A DNA stretch of 64,000 bases from Rhodospirillales bacterium (GCA_038143065.1 JAYQLI010000035.1:1728894-1792893), one strand, 5' to 3'. Numbered from the stretch's first letter, positions 19,052-30,751 are shown. Translations and numbers: made by a program. Notes: a model not told the origin generated them from the sequence alone.

Positions 19052-20283
19052 GCCTCAGCCAACTGCAAACGAGCTCTCACGATCAAGCTAGAGATGATTA
19101 AAAGGTTGGCTAGGTTGAACAGGGCGCCGATGATGAAGCCAAGCTGGTAAGAGCCAGTGAGGTCGACGCTAATTCCACCTAGCCAAGCTCCCAAAGCCAT
19201 ACCGCCGCCGGCGCAGAGAATAACCAAGCCAGTCCGGCGCCCCGCCTCCGCAGCTGGTAAAAATTCTCGGACAATAATTGGGTAGCAGGGAAGTATTCCT
19301 CCATAACCGAGACCAAAAAGGGCTCCGACAAGGTAAAGCGACGTCAAATCATTCACAAAGGCGAGTGCAAATAGAAAAATCATTTGCGCAGTCGAGAAGA
19401 CAAAAATCGCCTTTAATCCGCCAAATCGTCCAGATAAAAAGCCAACTCCAAAGAAGCTGGCAACAGCGGCACACGCTAACATAAGCGATAAGATTTCAGC
19501 GCCGCGCGCAGGGTCATAACCCAGATCACTCACATGACTTACTAGATGAGCGAGCGGTAATGACATCGCCACACAGCAGCCAATAGAGGCAAAACACAAT
19601 GTGATTTGCATGCGCCTTGGGGACAGGATTAGAGCCTTTGCTCCATCAGGTCGTTTTGCTAGCGCAGGCGCGATAATAGTCGTCGGTGGACGCATCTTAA
19701 GAACTAGGCAAAGCGGCAAAAGTGTCACCAAGGTGAACACCCCGTACCAGAAAGAGGTATCGCGCCAGCCGTAAATGCCAAAAGTGTAATTAAAAATTGG
19801 AGGCCAGACAGCCCCAGCGAGAGCCTGTCCAGAGCCAACAATACCAACTGCCATACCTCGTTTGTGCTCAAACCATCGCGTTATATTTGCCGTTAACGGT
19901 GAAAATAGAGCAGACCTTCCAAGTAGCCCCATCATTACGCCGTATATGAAAAACAATTGCCACTCGTTCGAAATATAAGTCGTAAGAAGAGCACCTCCCC
20001 CAATCATCAGTGCACCAACGAAAGCGGGGACTGCCATTCCCAAGCGATCAAGCACCCAGCCCATGAATATGCCGCCCACTCCACCTCCGAAGTACTGAAG
20101 GGAGTAAGCTATGGAGGGAATTGTTCGCGGCCACTCGAACTCTGCGCTGATAAGTTTCAGTGCGACGACGAGGAAATAGATACTTCCCGTTCCAACAATC
20201 ATAAAAATCAATGATGCTAAAAGAACTAAGTAGCGTTTTACGTTGAGGCCGTCGTCTGGCGCTCCAGTGTGTGGCATTTCCAT
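19048..20283 (-). CDS. MFS transporter
   Basis: About 12 TM segments; GWVLDRLG, RWFEHKRGMAVGIV. Confidence 0.85.
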   Translation of the reverse strand: MEMPHTGAPDDGLNVKRYLVLLASLIFMIVGTGSIYFLVVALKLISAEFEWPRTIPSIAYSLQYFGGGVGGIFMGWVLDRLGMAVPAFVGALMIGGGALLTTYISNEWQLFFIYGVMMGLLGRSALFSPLTANITRWFEHKRGMAVGIVGSGQALAGAVWPPIFNYTFGIYGWRDTSFWYGVFTLVTLLPLCLVLKMRPPTTIIAPALAKRPDGAKALILSPRRMQITLCFASIGCCVAMSLPLAHLVSHVSDLGYDPARGAEILSLMLACAAVASFFGVGFLSGRFGGLKAIFVFSTAQMIFLFALAFVNDLTSLYLVGALFGLGYGGILPCYPIIVREFLPAAEAGRRTGLVILCAGGGMALGAWLGGISVDLTGSYQLGFIIGALFNLANLLIISSLIVRARLQLAEA

Positions 20284-20293
20284 TTTGCAGTCT

Positions 20294-21409
20294 CTACGCA
20301 GCCTGTGGCAGGGCGCGCGAAATGCGCCCCTTGAATTTAGGAAGTACTCTTTCTGAAAAAATCCTAGCCGCCTTAGCGTGAGGATAGCCGGACAGGCAGA
20401 AACTTGAACAACCCGCTTCGACAAATTCGTCTAGCGTCGCTGCAACTTGGTCTGGATTTCCAACAACAGCGATACCAGCTCCAGCGCGCACCTTGGAAAT
20501 ACCTGCCCAAAGGTGCGGCGCAAGCATCATGTCTTCGCCGGATTCTTCTAGGAGTTTCCATACTTGTCTATTTGCTTCTGATGTCTTTCGAATACCTTCA
20601 ACGGCATCATTTTTGCCCCTCATATTAGCGAGGCGCATTCCATCGGCGCCAGCAACTAATTTCGCCGCATCGGCCCCCGCCTCATCCTCCGTCTCGGCGC
20701 AGACAATCTGCAAGCGCATGCCAAATTGAAGGACTTCCTCTCTTCCATATTTGCGAGCTCGAACCTTCAAATCTTCAATCTTTTTTGCAATACCGGATGG
20801 TCTATCACCCCAGAATAGGTGCACCGACGAGTGCTTTGCCGAAATCTCAAGGGCCTGCTCTGAAGCTCCTCCAAGAAAAAATGGAGGATGCGGCTGCTGA
20901 AGGGGCTTCGGCTCAATCGAAGCATCTACTTGATAGTGCTTTCCTTCAAATCCTATCGGCTCATTACTAGTCCAAAGCCTCTTCATGATTTGGACTTCTT
21001 CGTCCATTTTCTCGTAGCGAACTTCCTTCATATCGGGAATGCCATCCGCTTTAGTGTCATCATCATTGATGCCCGCAATCAAATTTACGCAAAGTCTTCC
21101 GCCCGAAATTTGGTCAAGTGTTGCAAACATTTTTGCTGAAAGAACAGGGTTGCAGTAGGCAGAGCGAAGGGCGATCAAGGGTGCTATATTCTTCGTGCGG
21201 GCAGCGTAGTAGGAGCCGACCACTGTCGCCTCCCAACAGGCAGCGTTTACAGGCATCAGCATGTAGCTGAAACCCGCTTCATCCACGACATCAACTATTT
21301 CATCAAAGAGTGCTCGGCTCTGTGGGATATGACCAGATGGGTCAGCCAGCCAGGTGCTGTCTCCACTGGTGGGCAAGAACCAGCCAAAAGTAATCGGGGT
21401 ATTCGACAT
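20294..21409 (-). CDS. LLM-class FMNH2-dependent monooxygenase (SsuD-like)
   Basis: FGWFLPTSGD, ATLDQISGGRL..NL, GGASE, LFWG, LWAG, VGNPDQVA, LSGYPH. Confidence 0.85.
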   Translation of the reverse strand: MSNTPITFGWFLPTSGDSTWLADPSGHIPQSRALFDEIVDVVDEAGFSYMLMPVNAACWEATVVGSYYAARTKNIAPLIALRSAYCNPVLSAKMFATLDQISGGRLCVNLIAGINDDDTKADGIPDMKEVRYEKMDEEVQIMKRLWTSNEPIGFEGKHYQVDASIEPKPLQQPHPPFFLGGASEQALEISAKHSSVHLFWGDRPSGIAKKIEDLKVRARKYGREEVLQFGMRLQIVCAETEDEAGADAAKLVAGADGMRLANMRGKNDAVEGIRKTSEANRQVWKLLEESGEDMMLAPHLWAGISKVRAGAGIAVVGNPDQVAATLDEFVEAGCSSFCLSGYPHAKAARIFSERVLPKFKGRISRALPQAA

Positions 21410-21738
21410 GGAGCATCTCCTCGCGCATATCATTTAAATGATTGCTGGATAAAGGTCCGCTGGCAATGCATCTTCACCTGCGTCTGGAATGAGAAATTTA
21501 TTGTAAAGAAATTTACACGCACCTCTTTATGTCCTTCCAAAATTTTTGTGCTGTGCATTTTGTCAACTAGATTGATTGACCAACGCCCAGTCTCTGACAT
21601 GATCTTAACGTTTGACCCCGTAAGTTTTCACGTTGCTATCGCGGGTACTATCAAACACTAGTTCAGGTGAATTGCGGCATTCCGGTAATAGGTAGCCAAA
21701 AATACACAGGTCAAAAACCAAACTGAGGGACCTAGGAC

Positions 21739-23272
21739 ATGGGCCGAAAAATTTTACTCGTAACCGCCGATCAACAAAGGCATGACGCGCTTGGTTGCAA
21801 TGGAGGAAAAATTGCTCGAACGCCTGTGATTGATGGTCTTGCTAGGGACGGAATAAACTATAAGCGCGCGCACAATCAAAACGTTGTCTGTATGCCAGCA
21901 CGTGCGACAATTATCTCCGGCCAACATGTTCGCACTCACGGAGTTCGTATGAATGGCATACCTCTTCCAGAAGATACGCCAGATATTGCTCGCCTTCTTA
22001 AGGAACAGGCGGGATATAAAACAGCCCTCATTGGTAAAGCTCATTTTGAACCGGCATCTGCTCCGGGAGCACCCTATTTCGAAAACTATGCCGCCTCCAA
22101 AAATCATAACGGTCCCCACAGAGGGTTTGATCGGATGGAACTATCTGGACATACAGGGAGGTCTGGACGCAGCCTCTTTCATTATCCCAAATGGTTGGAG
22201 GAAACTTCACCAGGCGCCGCTGAATCATTTCAAGAATATGTATCTCCTGAGAAGGAGATAAGTGGAAAACCAGGGGGAGATACTGGTGCAGTTCAGGTAT
22301 GGCACAATGCAGTTCCTAAGGAATTGTATCACACAAATTGGGTAGCCGAACGCACCATTAACTGGCTCGATAGTTTAGAGGCCGACGTGGATTGGTTTTG
22401 CTGGATGAGTTTTCCCGACCCACACCACCCATGGGATCCTCCGATTTCTGAAATCACACGCTGCAATTGGCGCGATCTTGAATTGCCGGATGCTTTTCCT
22501 GGAAGCGTTGAGGATACAATCAAGATATTGGAACAAAAACCTCGCCATTGGCTTGATTGGTACCTTGGCCATAAACAGTTTGCTTACGAGGTGCCAAAGA
22601 ATTTCGTCCCCGCTCAGATGAGCACAGACCAAATTCGCGAGGTAAACGCTATGTGTCATATTGAAAATGAACTGATCGATGAAGCCTTAGGACGAGTTCT
22701 TGGCCACATAAATGAGCGAGGTTGGGGCGAAGATGTAGATGTTATTTACACCGCTGACCATGGAGAATTTCAGGGTGACTTTGGCATGTTATTCAAGGGG
22801 CCTTATCACGTTGACGCTTTGATGCGTCTACCAATGATTTGGCGACCCGCTCCATCTGCCAAAATACCCTCAGCAATCATTAACCAACCAGTTGGGCATG
22901 TTGATATCGCGCGTACGATAGCTGATGTAGCAGGGGTTAAGGCTGACCCAAGAATGCAAGGTGCACCTTTGCCAACCTCATCCAGTAACGATCGCGAGCG
23001 TGTCATAACTGAGTGGGACGGCGGATATGCAGGCGAAAGCGTGACGCTCCGAACTCTGTGCCGAGACAATTATGTCCTAACAGTTTGTGAGCCCGGGTCA
23101 GTACATGATGGAAGTGAGGGCGAGCTCTATGACTTGGAAAACGATCCCAGACAATTCCATAATCTTTGGGATGACACATCGCGAGGAAACCTAAAGAGAT
23201 CTTATCGCCGACCTTTACGACAACCTTCCAGAAGTTCGTGATCCCCCACTCGATCAAGTAGCCTTAGTCTAA
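21739..23272 (+). CDS. Cys-type (formylglycine) sulfatase; frameshift near 23193
   Basis: LLVTADQQR, CMPAR, GYKTALIGKAH, PDPHHPW, TADHG, ELYDL..DP; corrected end RDLIADLYDNLP...ALV*. Confidence 0.9.
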
Positions 23273-23343
23273 AACAGACTACAAATTAGACATTTCTGCA
23301 TTAACTTGGTTCAATTTTGAGGCGTTGATAGCAAGATAATCCA

Positions 23344-23745
23344 ATGGACCTGAATGACGACCTTCCAACCCTCGACGACATACACGACACTCTAATGTTT
23401 GTCTGGCAAACGTTCTTCGATCAACTTGAAGAGCTTTGGCATGACAAACCTGGAAGCGATCTTGAAACACACTGGGATGGAGAAGCTATCCGGATGCGCT
23501 ACAGACTATTACCGGATACAGGGGCCGGTGATACGGAGTTGGTGGAATTGCAAATCGGTAATGAAAGTTCAGATTTTTTGACAAGAGGCATTTTTACGAC
23601 AGCTTCCTCTGACCCAACTAACGATCACGCCGGAAAAACTGTGCAATGGACTTCAAGTGGAGATTATGAGGCCTTCATCGCCTGGATGGTGCCTTGGGTC
23701 TCAAAGGTAATTAATGAAGGTCACGGATGGATAGAGGCGCCTTAG
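23344..23745 (+). CDS. Hypothetical acidic protein
   Basis: 133-aa ORF filling an intergenic gap; no recognised motif. Confidence 0.5.
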   Translation: MDLNDDLPTLDDIHDTLMFVWQTFFDQLEELWHDKPGSDLETHWDGEAIRMRYRLLPDTGAGDTELVELQIGNESSDFLTRGIFTTASSDPTNDHAGKTVQWTSSGDYEAFIAWMVPWVSKVINEGHGWIEAP

Positions 23746-23872
23746 TTTTCGCCAATAAAATTCCAAAATGGCAGCAAAAACGTAAAAACTTTGCTGTGAT
23801 ATTTGACATTCTTAAACAACAAGATGCTTAATCAAATAAAGTATTCTTGCCTTGTAAAAAAGTCGCCTCTTT

Positions 23873-25612
23873 ATGAAAAGCAAATTTAAAAAATTTACAA
23901 AAATCACAATTATTTCATCTTTTTCTGCAATTTTATTGGCAAGCTGTGCCGAAAATCGAAGCAGTTACATATCCTTATTAAGTGATAGCAGGGAAAGAAA
24001 TCTGTCGACTTTTGATAGAGCATCAAAGGCAATATCGAAAGGGCAGTATGGAGATGCATCAAGGATACTCAACCAAAATTTATTGGCTAACGTAGTAGAT
24101 GCGCGCCTACACTTTTTGAATGGACTTTCGTACCACCTTCAAGCTTATCGAGGAAACTTTAACAACCTCCTGCTCGCTCAACACGGCTACAGGGTGGCAC
24201 TGCGTCTAGATCCATATAACGCTCTCTATTTACGACAAATGAGCATACTTGAAGAGCAGTTAGGGGATTTTCAAAGTGCATTGCGTTATCAGGCGGAAGC
24301 TGCAGTACTAAAACCCAACTCCATATTAGATAGAAAACTTACTGCAAGATCTGCCTATCTTTCTGGATCATTTGAAGAGGCTCTAATTCTTTTTGAGTCT
24401 TTTCTCACAGACACTCCCGATGATGCAGAAGCACTTAGCGGAGCAGCAATTTCGGCAGCTGCATCAGGGGATGCTGTCCGCGCGGAAGCACATTTAAAAG
24501 CTCTTTCAAGCATTGGCAAACAATCAGAGGATTTTGCTCTTTTGAGGGAGAGGGTAGAAACTTGGAGTAATTACCGGAAAGTCGGTCGAGCAATTTTGCA
24601 GCAGGCGGGGAAACAAAAGAAAATGTAAAAACCGATACCAAGGACAGTACCCCTGAAACTATTGTTTTTGATATCATGTTTATTGAATTGTCGCGGTCAG
24701 TAGCTACGCGCAGGGGGGTTAATTTATTTGAAGGACTAGCTTTTACGCTTGGCCAAGACCCAGCAGGAACATCAGCGCTCTCTAGAATTGCAGAACAAGT
24801 AGATACTAGAGGAACTCTGACAGAGACTATAACTACAGCAATAAGTATTCCCGCAATAACCTACTCACTAAATATTTTTAATTCGGCCGAGTCAAAGGCT
24901 GAAATCGTAAGCAATCCATCTTTGGTCGCTACGGTTGGTAAAGAGTCAGTATTGTTTTCAGGACTTCAAATGGTCGCTGCTGAGACCTCTGGCGTCGATT
25001 CAAACACAATTCAAGTGGATCAGGAAATAGGTTTAAAACTGACGCTAAAGCCAGAAATTTTAGAGAATGGTAAGATTTCCCTTGAACTGGGCGTCGAAAA
25101 TTCCAGGCTATCTGCACCAAACACTGATATCATTACATTCCGCCTACGCGTGGACGTGGCCAAAACAACTGCGAATGTCCACGCCAATCTGGATTTTGAT
25201 CAAACTTTAGTTATCGGTGGTTTAAATCAACGATCTGAGTCTGTCTCATCGAGCGGCACACCATTATTAGGTGATGCACCAGTTGTAGACACCGTATTTT
25301 CACACCGTGCGAGGAATAAATTTGAGAACTCAGTTGTTATCCTAGTCACGCCAAGAGCTACCGAGACTTTAAAAAGAGCGTGAGAATATAGGGGCAACTA
25401 ATACTGCGAAAATCAAAACGTCAGAAATATTACTTGATGGCTACCTTAAGGCGATCGGTGCTAGGCCAGAAACATACAAAAAGGATACGTCCTCCCTTCA
25501 GGCGGAAGATATGCGCATGATCAGAGTGCGCGACCTGCCGAAATCAACCTGGTGGAGGCAAGAGGAACTGGAAAAAATTATAGATAAGGCGCGTGAAACT
25601 GAAACTCGTTAG
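23873..25612 (+). CDS. TPR lipoprotein fused to a secretin (type II/III secretion system) domain; two probable frameshifts near 24600 and 25372
   Basis: Lipobox LASC, TPR-like helices, secretin motifs SNPSLVA, IGLKLTLKP, QTLVIGGL, TPLLGDAPVV..VF, VILVTPR; the adjacent frames are open across both junctions. Confidence 0.7.
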
Positions 25613-25765
25613 TGGATTAGATAGGTTCAAACGCTAACAAGCCTTGAAATCGTATTGCTTGAGGGCCCTACAAGCGAAAAATCATGTTTAATATGTTGCA
25701 TCGCAGCATCGAATGCATATAGTCCGGTCTTCAATTCTCCCCGCACGTAAATATTTGGAATAGCT

Positions 25766-27361
25766 TTGCTTAAGCAATCATTCGCAGCAGCAACTCCCAG
25801 TTCGCTGCTTGGCATGGGCCGTGTGTCGCCCAATCTTTTAAAAACTGAAATCTTAGCGGGGCTTACGGTAGCTTTAGCCCTTGTTCCTGAGGCTGTCGCA
25901 TTCGCTTTTGTAGCGGGCGTCCATCCGCTTGTAGGCCTATACGCAGCTTTCATAGTTGGCCTGATAACAGCATTAATTGGTGGGCGCCCTGGCGTGATCT
26001 CGGGAGCAACTGGCGCATTAGCTGTTGTAATGGTTTCCCTAGTAGCTGAGCACGGCGTCCAATATCTTTTCGCAACAGTCGTTCTAATGGGATTAATCCA
26101 GATAGCAGCCGGCTTGTTGCGACTTGGAAAGTTCATCAGGCTTGTTCCTCATCCCGTGATGCTTGGCTTCGTCAATGGACTGGCAATAGTCATTTTCCTA
26201 GCGCAGCTGACCCAGTTCCAAATACACAGTTCCGACGGCAGTAATGCTCAATGGATGTCCGGAATGCCTCTTTACGCGATGTTAGCCCTGACTGGGCTTA
26301 CAATGGCTGTAATATGGATTATCCCAAAGTTTACATCAGTAATCCCAGCGCCACTGGCGGGGATTGTAGTCGTGGTTGCGATCGTAATGATCTTTGGGAT
26401 TGATGTGCCGCGCGTGGGAGACTTGGCGTCGATAAAAGGCAACTTACCTGAGTTTGCATTGCCTATTGTGCCAATGAATTTGGAAACATTTAAAATCATC
26501 CTGCCATACGCTGTAATATTGGCCGCTATTGGGCTTATTGAGAGCCTGCTCACCCTGAACTTAGTTGGAGAAATCACCGAAAAACGTGGCGGCGCTTCTA
26601 AGGAGTGTGTGGCTCAAGGGTTAGCCAACACAGTCACCGGTTTCTTTGGTGGCATGGGTGGCTGCGCCATGATTGGTCAGTCCATGATCAATGTTAAATC
26701 AGGCGGGCGCACGCGCCTCTCAGGTATAACTGCGGCAGTATTTCTGCTGGCATTTATCCTCATCGGATCTGAACTGATCGAACAAATTCCTCTGGCTGCA
26801 CTTGTTGGCGTTATGTTCATGGTCGTAATCGGCACCTTCGCGTGGCGAAGCCTCAAAATAATTCGCAAAATTCCCTTCACAGATGCTGTTGTAATGCTGC
26901 TTGTCACAGTAACAACCGTCATGACTGACCTGGCCGTCGCGGTGGTCGTAGGCGTGATTGTCTCTGCACTTGCTTACGCTTGGAATAACGCAACCCGTAT
27001 TCGCGCCGTGGTCAGAACATCCCCTGAGGGAGCGAAGGTGTATGAAATCGAAGGTCCATTATTTTTTGGATCTACCGATGGCTTCGCAGAACTCTTCCAA
27101 CCGAAAGGCGACCCAGCAGCAGTCACCGTAGATTTTCTCAAAAGTCGTATTGTGGACCAATCTGCTTTGCAGGCAATTGAAACGCTTGCAGAAAAGTATG
27201 AGGCGGAGGGGAAACAGTTGACATTGCGCCACCTCTCTCGTGACTGTCATCGATTGTTGAACCGCGCGGGGCAACTAGTCGTCGAAGGTGACGATGATCC
27301 AGAATATGGGCTAGCCGTTGACTACTCCGTTAGGACAGGAATTTTGGGAACGGGGCATTAA
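25766..27361 (+). CDS. SulP/SLC26 family inorganic anion transporter with STAS domain
   Basis: AGLTVALALVPEAVAF, GGRPGVISGATGA, GGCAMIGQS, GPLFFGS. Confidence 0.92.
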   Translation: MLKQSFAAATPSSLLGMGRVSPNLLKTEILAGLTVALALVPEAVAFAFVAGVHPLVGLYAAFIVGLITALIGGRPGVISGATGALAVVMVSLVAEHGVQYLFATVVLMGLIQIAAGLLRLGKFIRLVPHPVMLGFVNGLAIVIFLAQLTQFQIHSSDGSNAQWMSGMPLYAMLALTGLTMAVIWIIPKFTSVIPAPLAGIVVVVAIVMIFGIDVPRVGDLASIKGNLPEFALPIVPMNLETFKIILPYAVILAAIGLIESLLTLNLVGEITEKRGGASKECVAQGLANTVTGFFGGMGGCAMIGQSMINVKSGGRTRLSGITAAVFLLAFILIGSELIEQIPLAALVGVMFMVVIGTFAWRSLKIIRKIPFTDAVVMLLVTVTTVMTDLAVAVVVGVIVSALAYAWNNATRIRAVVRTSPEGAKVYEIEGPLFFGSTDGFAELFQPKGDPAAVTVDFLKSRIVDQSALQAIETLAEKYEAEGKQLTLRHLSRDCHRLLNRAGQLVVEGDDDPEYGLAVDYSVRTGILGTGH

Positions 27362-27431
27362 CCTGTCGTAATGGGCTGGTCGCCGCAGAGCTTAATATGC
27401 AATCTTAGCTTTCCCCCTCTGGAGAGTTTTG

Positions 27432-28553
27432 ATGGCTAAGATCACTGAAGTATCGGCAGCTCTTGTTCGCGTTCCTTTAGATAACCCAACATCGTTTTCA
27501 ACGCGGCGCGTTCTAGCTCGAGATTTCATATTAACTCGCGTTGCCGCCGATGATGGCCATGTGGGCATTGGTTTTACTTATGGTGGCAGCTAAGGAGGTT
27601 CGATTACTACTGAGGCAGTGCGCACGCTCCTTCGCCCTGTTCTTTTAGGAGAGGACCCATTCAGAGTAGAGGGCCTTTGGGAAGATATGTACCAGGAAGC
27701 TCTACTTCAGGGCCGAACGGGTTCAGCGATGAGGGCATTGAGCGCTCTGGATATCGCCCTTTGGGACCGCAACGCGCGCGCTGCAAACCTCCCTCTCTAC
27801 AATATGCTTGGAGGTAAAGCTAAAGGGTCGGTTAAAGCTTATGCGAGCGGCGGCTATTATCTTGAAGGCAAGACGCCATCGATGCTTGGCGAAGAACTGG
27901 CCGGCTACCTGGAAATGGGATTTGACGCGGTCAAGATTAAAGTAGGCCGGTTAGGACTAAGCAAGGAAAGGGATAGAATAGCCGCTGCGCGAGAAGCTAT
28001 CGGCGATGACACAGCTTTGATGCTAGATTGCAACAACGGCTGGCGAGAGCTTGAAACTGCGTTGCGCTACATGCGCGTTTTTGAGCCTTACAATCCTTAC
28101 TGGATTGAAGAGCCATTCTTGCCGGACGATCTAAACAGTCATGCAGAATTAGCAAAGCGAACACCTGTGCCAGTCGCTACAGGAGAAATTGAATCTGGCC
28201 GTTGGCGGTTTAAGCAAATTATCGATCAAGGTGCAGCAATGATCCTGCAGCCCGATGCCGTCTGCTGTGGCGGCATAACCGAGTTCCGCAGGATTGCTCA
28301 AATGGCTGCGGCTGCGGGTGTTTCAGTTTGCCCGCACGCTTACCATGAGATGCACATTCACCTCTCAGCAAGCCTGCCCAATGTTCCTTACTCCGAGTGC
28401 TTCACTGATGATCAAGTCGTAAATTTCCGCAATCTTATTGACCATCAAATTGAAATCCGAGACGGACAACTCATCCTGCCTGACAAACCCGGCATTGGTT
28501 TCGACTACCTCCCTGATGCGGTAACAAAATTTGCAGTTGAGGATTGGGCTTAG
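27432..28553 (+). CDS. Mandelate racemase/muconate lactonizing enzyme family protein with in-frame TAA at 27591
   Basis: MAKITEV...GIGFTYGGS*GGS in frame with ALSALDIALWD, YASGG, KIKVG, DCN, WIEEP, GE, QPD. Confidence 0.85.
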
Positions 28554-28616
28554 CGGTCCAAGTCTCAGGATAGGGCCAAGACTCGTAAGGAGAGGGTGGA
28601 AGACATTCAAATGGCA

Positions 28617-29396
28617 TTAATTTGGTCGTACAGCACTTGGCCAGTCTTCGAGAAAATCAGTCGGTGATGGACCAAATTCCTTCTTAAAGGCGAATGTAAA
28701 AGCACTTGGGCTCTCATACCCGCATTTGCTAGCAACCTCTTTGATTGAGTGGTTACTGCCTAAAAGCTCAAAGGCTTTGGAAAATCGAACCCGCCGGCGC
28801 CAGACAGAAAATGTCATACCCAAATCAGTCTTGCAGAGACGAGCGAGCGTCTTGGGCGAGGCGCCTGTTCGTTCTGACAATTCTTCCAGAGACATTACTG
28901 TGGAGGGATCAGCCAGCAACTGCTGACAGACTTTTTGAAGCCTTGCATCGCGTGGCAGGGGAATATTAAGAGGTAGGGCCGTAGCGCTAGCCAATTCAGT
29001 TGTTATGAGTTCTGCAATCTGCTCTGCTCGGCGATTACCAGAAAAGTCCATTGGCTCACCGGCAAGTGCCGTGATCAACTCCCGCAATAATGGGCTAACC
29101 ATCAGCACTTTAATTTCTGAAGAGCTAGATGATGCGATGTAAAGGGTCCTCATCTCTACATCACCACAAATTTCAATACTGTGCTCAATACCGGCTGGCA
29201 CCAGAAGAGCGCGATCGGGAGGAACAACCCAAGCATCCTCAGATGTGCCAATCCTCATTACCCCTGAAACGGCGTAGATGAGTTGATCTCGCAGATGCTG
29301 ATGCGGGTCAATGACAAAACCATCATTAAAGCGCTTTGCCATCACGGCTAAACTCTGAGGAAGTTCTTGATAATCACGCGGGTCTATACTGCGCAT
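28617..29396 (-). CDS. AraC family transcriptional regulator (cupin + HTH)
   Basis: HQHLRDQLIYA, WVVPP, MRTLY, GYESPSAF..AFKK. Confidence 0.9.
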   Translation of the reverse strand: MRSIDPRDYQELPQSLAVMAKRFNDGFVIDPHQHLRDQLIYAVSGVMRIGTSEDAWVVPPDRALLVPAGIEHSIEICGDVEMRTLYIASSSSSEIKVLMVSPLLRELITALAGEPMDFSGNRRAEQIAELITTELASATALPLNIPLPRDARLQKVCQQLLADPSTVMSLEELSERTGASPKTLARLCKTDLGMTFSVWRRRVRFSKAFELLGSNHSIKEVASKCGYESPSAFTFAFKKEFGPSPTDFLEDWPSAVRPN

Positions 29397-29494
29397 GGTA
29401 TATTTTACCGATTTTTGTCCGTTTCTCGACGATATATGTCCTTACATCGACAGTGCACCTGTTGCAATCTATCCAAAACAGTTGTGAGGCCAAG

Positions 29495-30724
29495 ATGGTT
29501 ACCCGCGATACCAAGTATTTTCTGCTTTTGAATGTAGGTCACTTTCTAGACCATTATTTCATGCTGATATTTGCAACCGTTGCAGCGCTAGCGCTGACTT
29601 CAGGCTGGGGCATGAGCTATGCAGAACTATTGGTATACGGAACGCCTGGTTTTACTGCCTTTGCCTTGTGCTCGCTTCCAATGGGAATGCTTGCAGATCG
29701 CTACGGCAGAGACCGAATGATGGTGGTTTTCTTTATTGGTATTGGCGTATCTTCGATACTTACTGGCTTTGCTCAGACGCCGCTTCAAATGGGAGCGGGA
29801 CTACTTTGCATTGGTATTTTTGGCGCAATTTACCATCCAGTTGGCCTCGCCATAGTCACAGCGCGCTGGAAGAAGACCGGTATGCGCCTAGCCGTCAACG
29901 GGATATGGGGCAATCTCGGCGTTGGCTGTGCTGCTTTAGTAACTGGGATAATGATTGACCTGGCCGGCTGGCGTTCTGCCTTTTTCGTGCCAGGCGTGAT
30001 TTCTATTTTGTTTGCTCTTCCATATTGGGCTGTCTCCCGCGAGATCGAGGCCTTGGCCGTAGCCCCCACTGGCGGCGCAGCAGCAACAAAGCCTGCCTAT
30101 TATGGCCCCATGTGGCGGGTGTTATTGTGCGTCTACATGACGGCCGTACTTGGCAGCATAGTCTTTCAATCGAGCACTGTCGCACTGCCAGAAATCTTTG
30201 AGGAGCGGCTCGTAGGACTGGCCGATAGGATCGCTACAATCTTCGCATCCCTTAAGATGGAGTCAGCATCGGTCATCGGAGCCTTAGCATTTTTAGTATT
30301 TGCCGCCGCATCTCTTGCACAACTAGTAACCGGTTATCTACTTGACCGTGTAGGGGCAAGGCCAACACTAGCTCTCGTTACCGTCGTACAAATAATCACA
30401 TTATTGATGATGCCAGGCCTAACTGACCTTGCCGTCTTAGCCGTAGCTTTGGGAGTTATGTTGGGCGTATTTGGCCAAGTGCCGGTGAACGACTTCCTAA
30501 TTGGAACCACTGCCTCACAGCAATCTCGCTCGCGCGCCTTCGGCTTCCGTTACATGGTGAGCTTTCTGGCATTCTCAGGAGCCTTGCCACTCATAGCTAT
30601 TGTTCAATCCAATTGGGGTTTTGACGGATTGTTCTATGTGCTGATGACTTGCGCCTTGGTGATACTCTTGGGCAGTCGAGTTCTGCTGTCTAACCCCTCT
30701 CATGCAGCAAAAGCCACCTCATAA
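29495..30724 (+). CDS. MFS transporter, divergent from AraC regulator
   Basis: LNVGHFLDHYFMLIF, GMLADRYGR, IYHPVG. Confidence 0.85.
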   Translation: MVTRDTKYFLLLNVGHFLDHYFMLIFATVAALALTSGWGMSYAELLVYGTPGFTAFALCSLPMGMLADRYGRDRMMVVFFIGIGVSSILTGFAQTPLQMGAGLLCIGIFGAIYHPVGLAIVTARWKKTGMRLAVNGIWGNLGVGCAALVTGIMIDLAGWRSAFFVPGVISILFALPYWAVSREIEALAVAPTGGAAATKPAYYGPMWRVLLCVYMTAVLGSIVFQSSTVALPEIFEERLVGLADRIATIFASLKMESASVIGALAFLVFAAASLAQLVTGYLLDRVGARPTLALVTVVQIITLLMMPGLTDLAVLAVALGVMLGVFGQVPVNDFLIGTTASQQSRSRAFGFRYMVSFLAFSGALPLIAIVQSNWGFDGLFYVLMTCALVILLGSRVLLSNPSHAAKATS

Positions 30725-30751
30725 GTTTCTGAGTTGTATGGATCCAAGGTC

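Noticed and set aside
21329-21661. 110-aa ORF between the LLM gene and the sulfatase
   Set aside because: It overlaps the LLM start antisense, lies in an AT-rich divergent promoter region and has no recognisable features.
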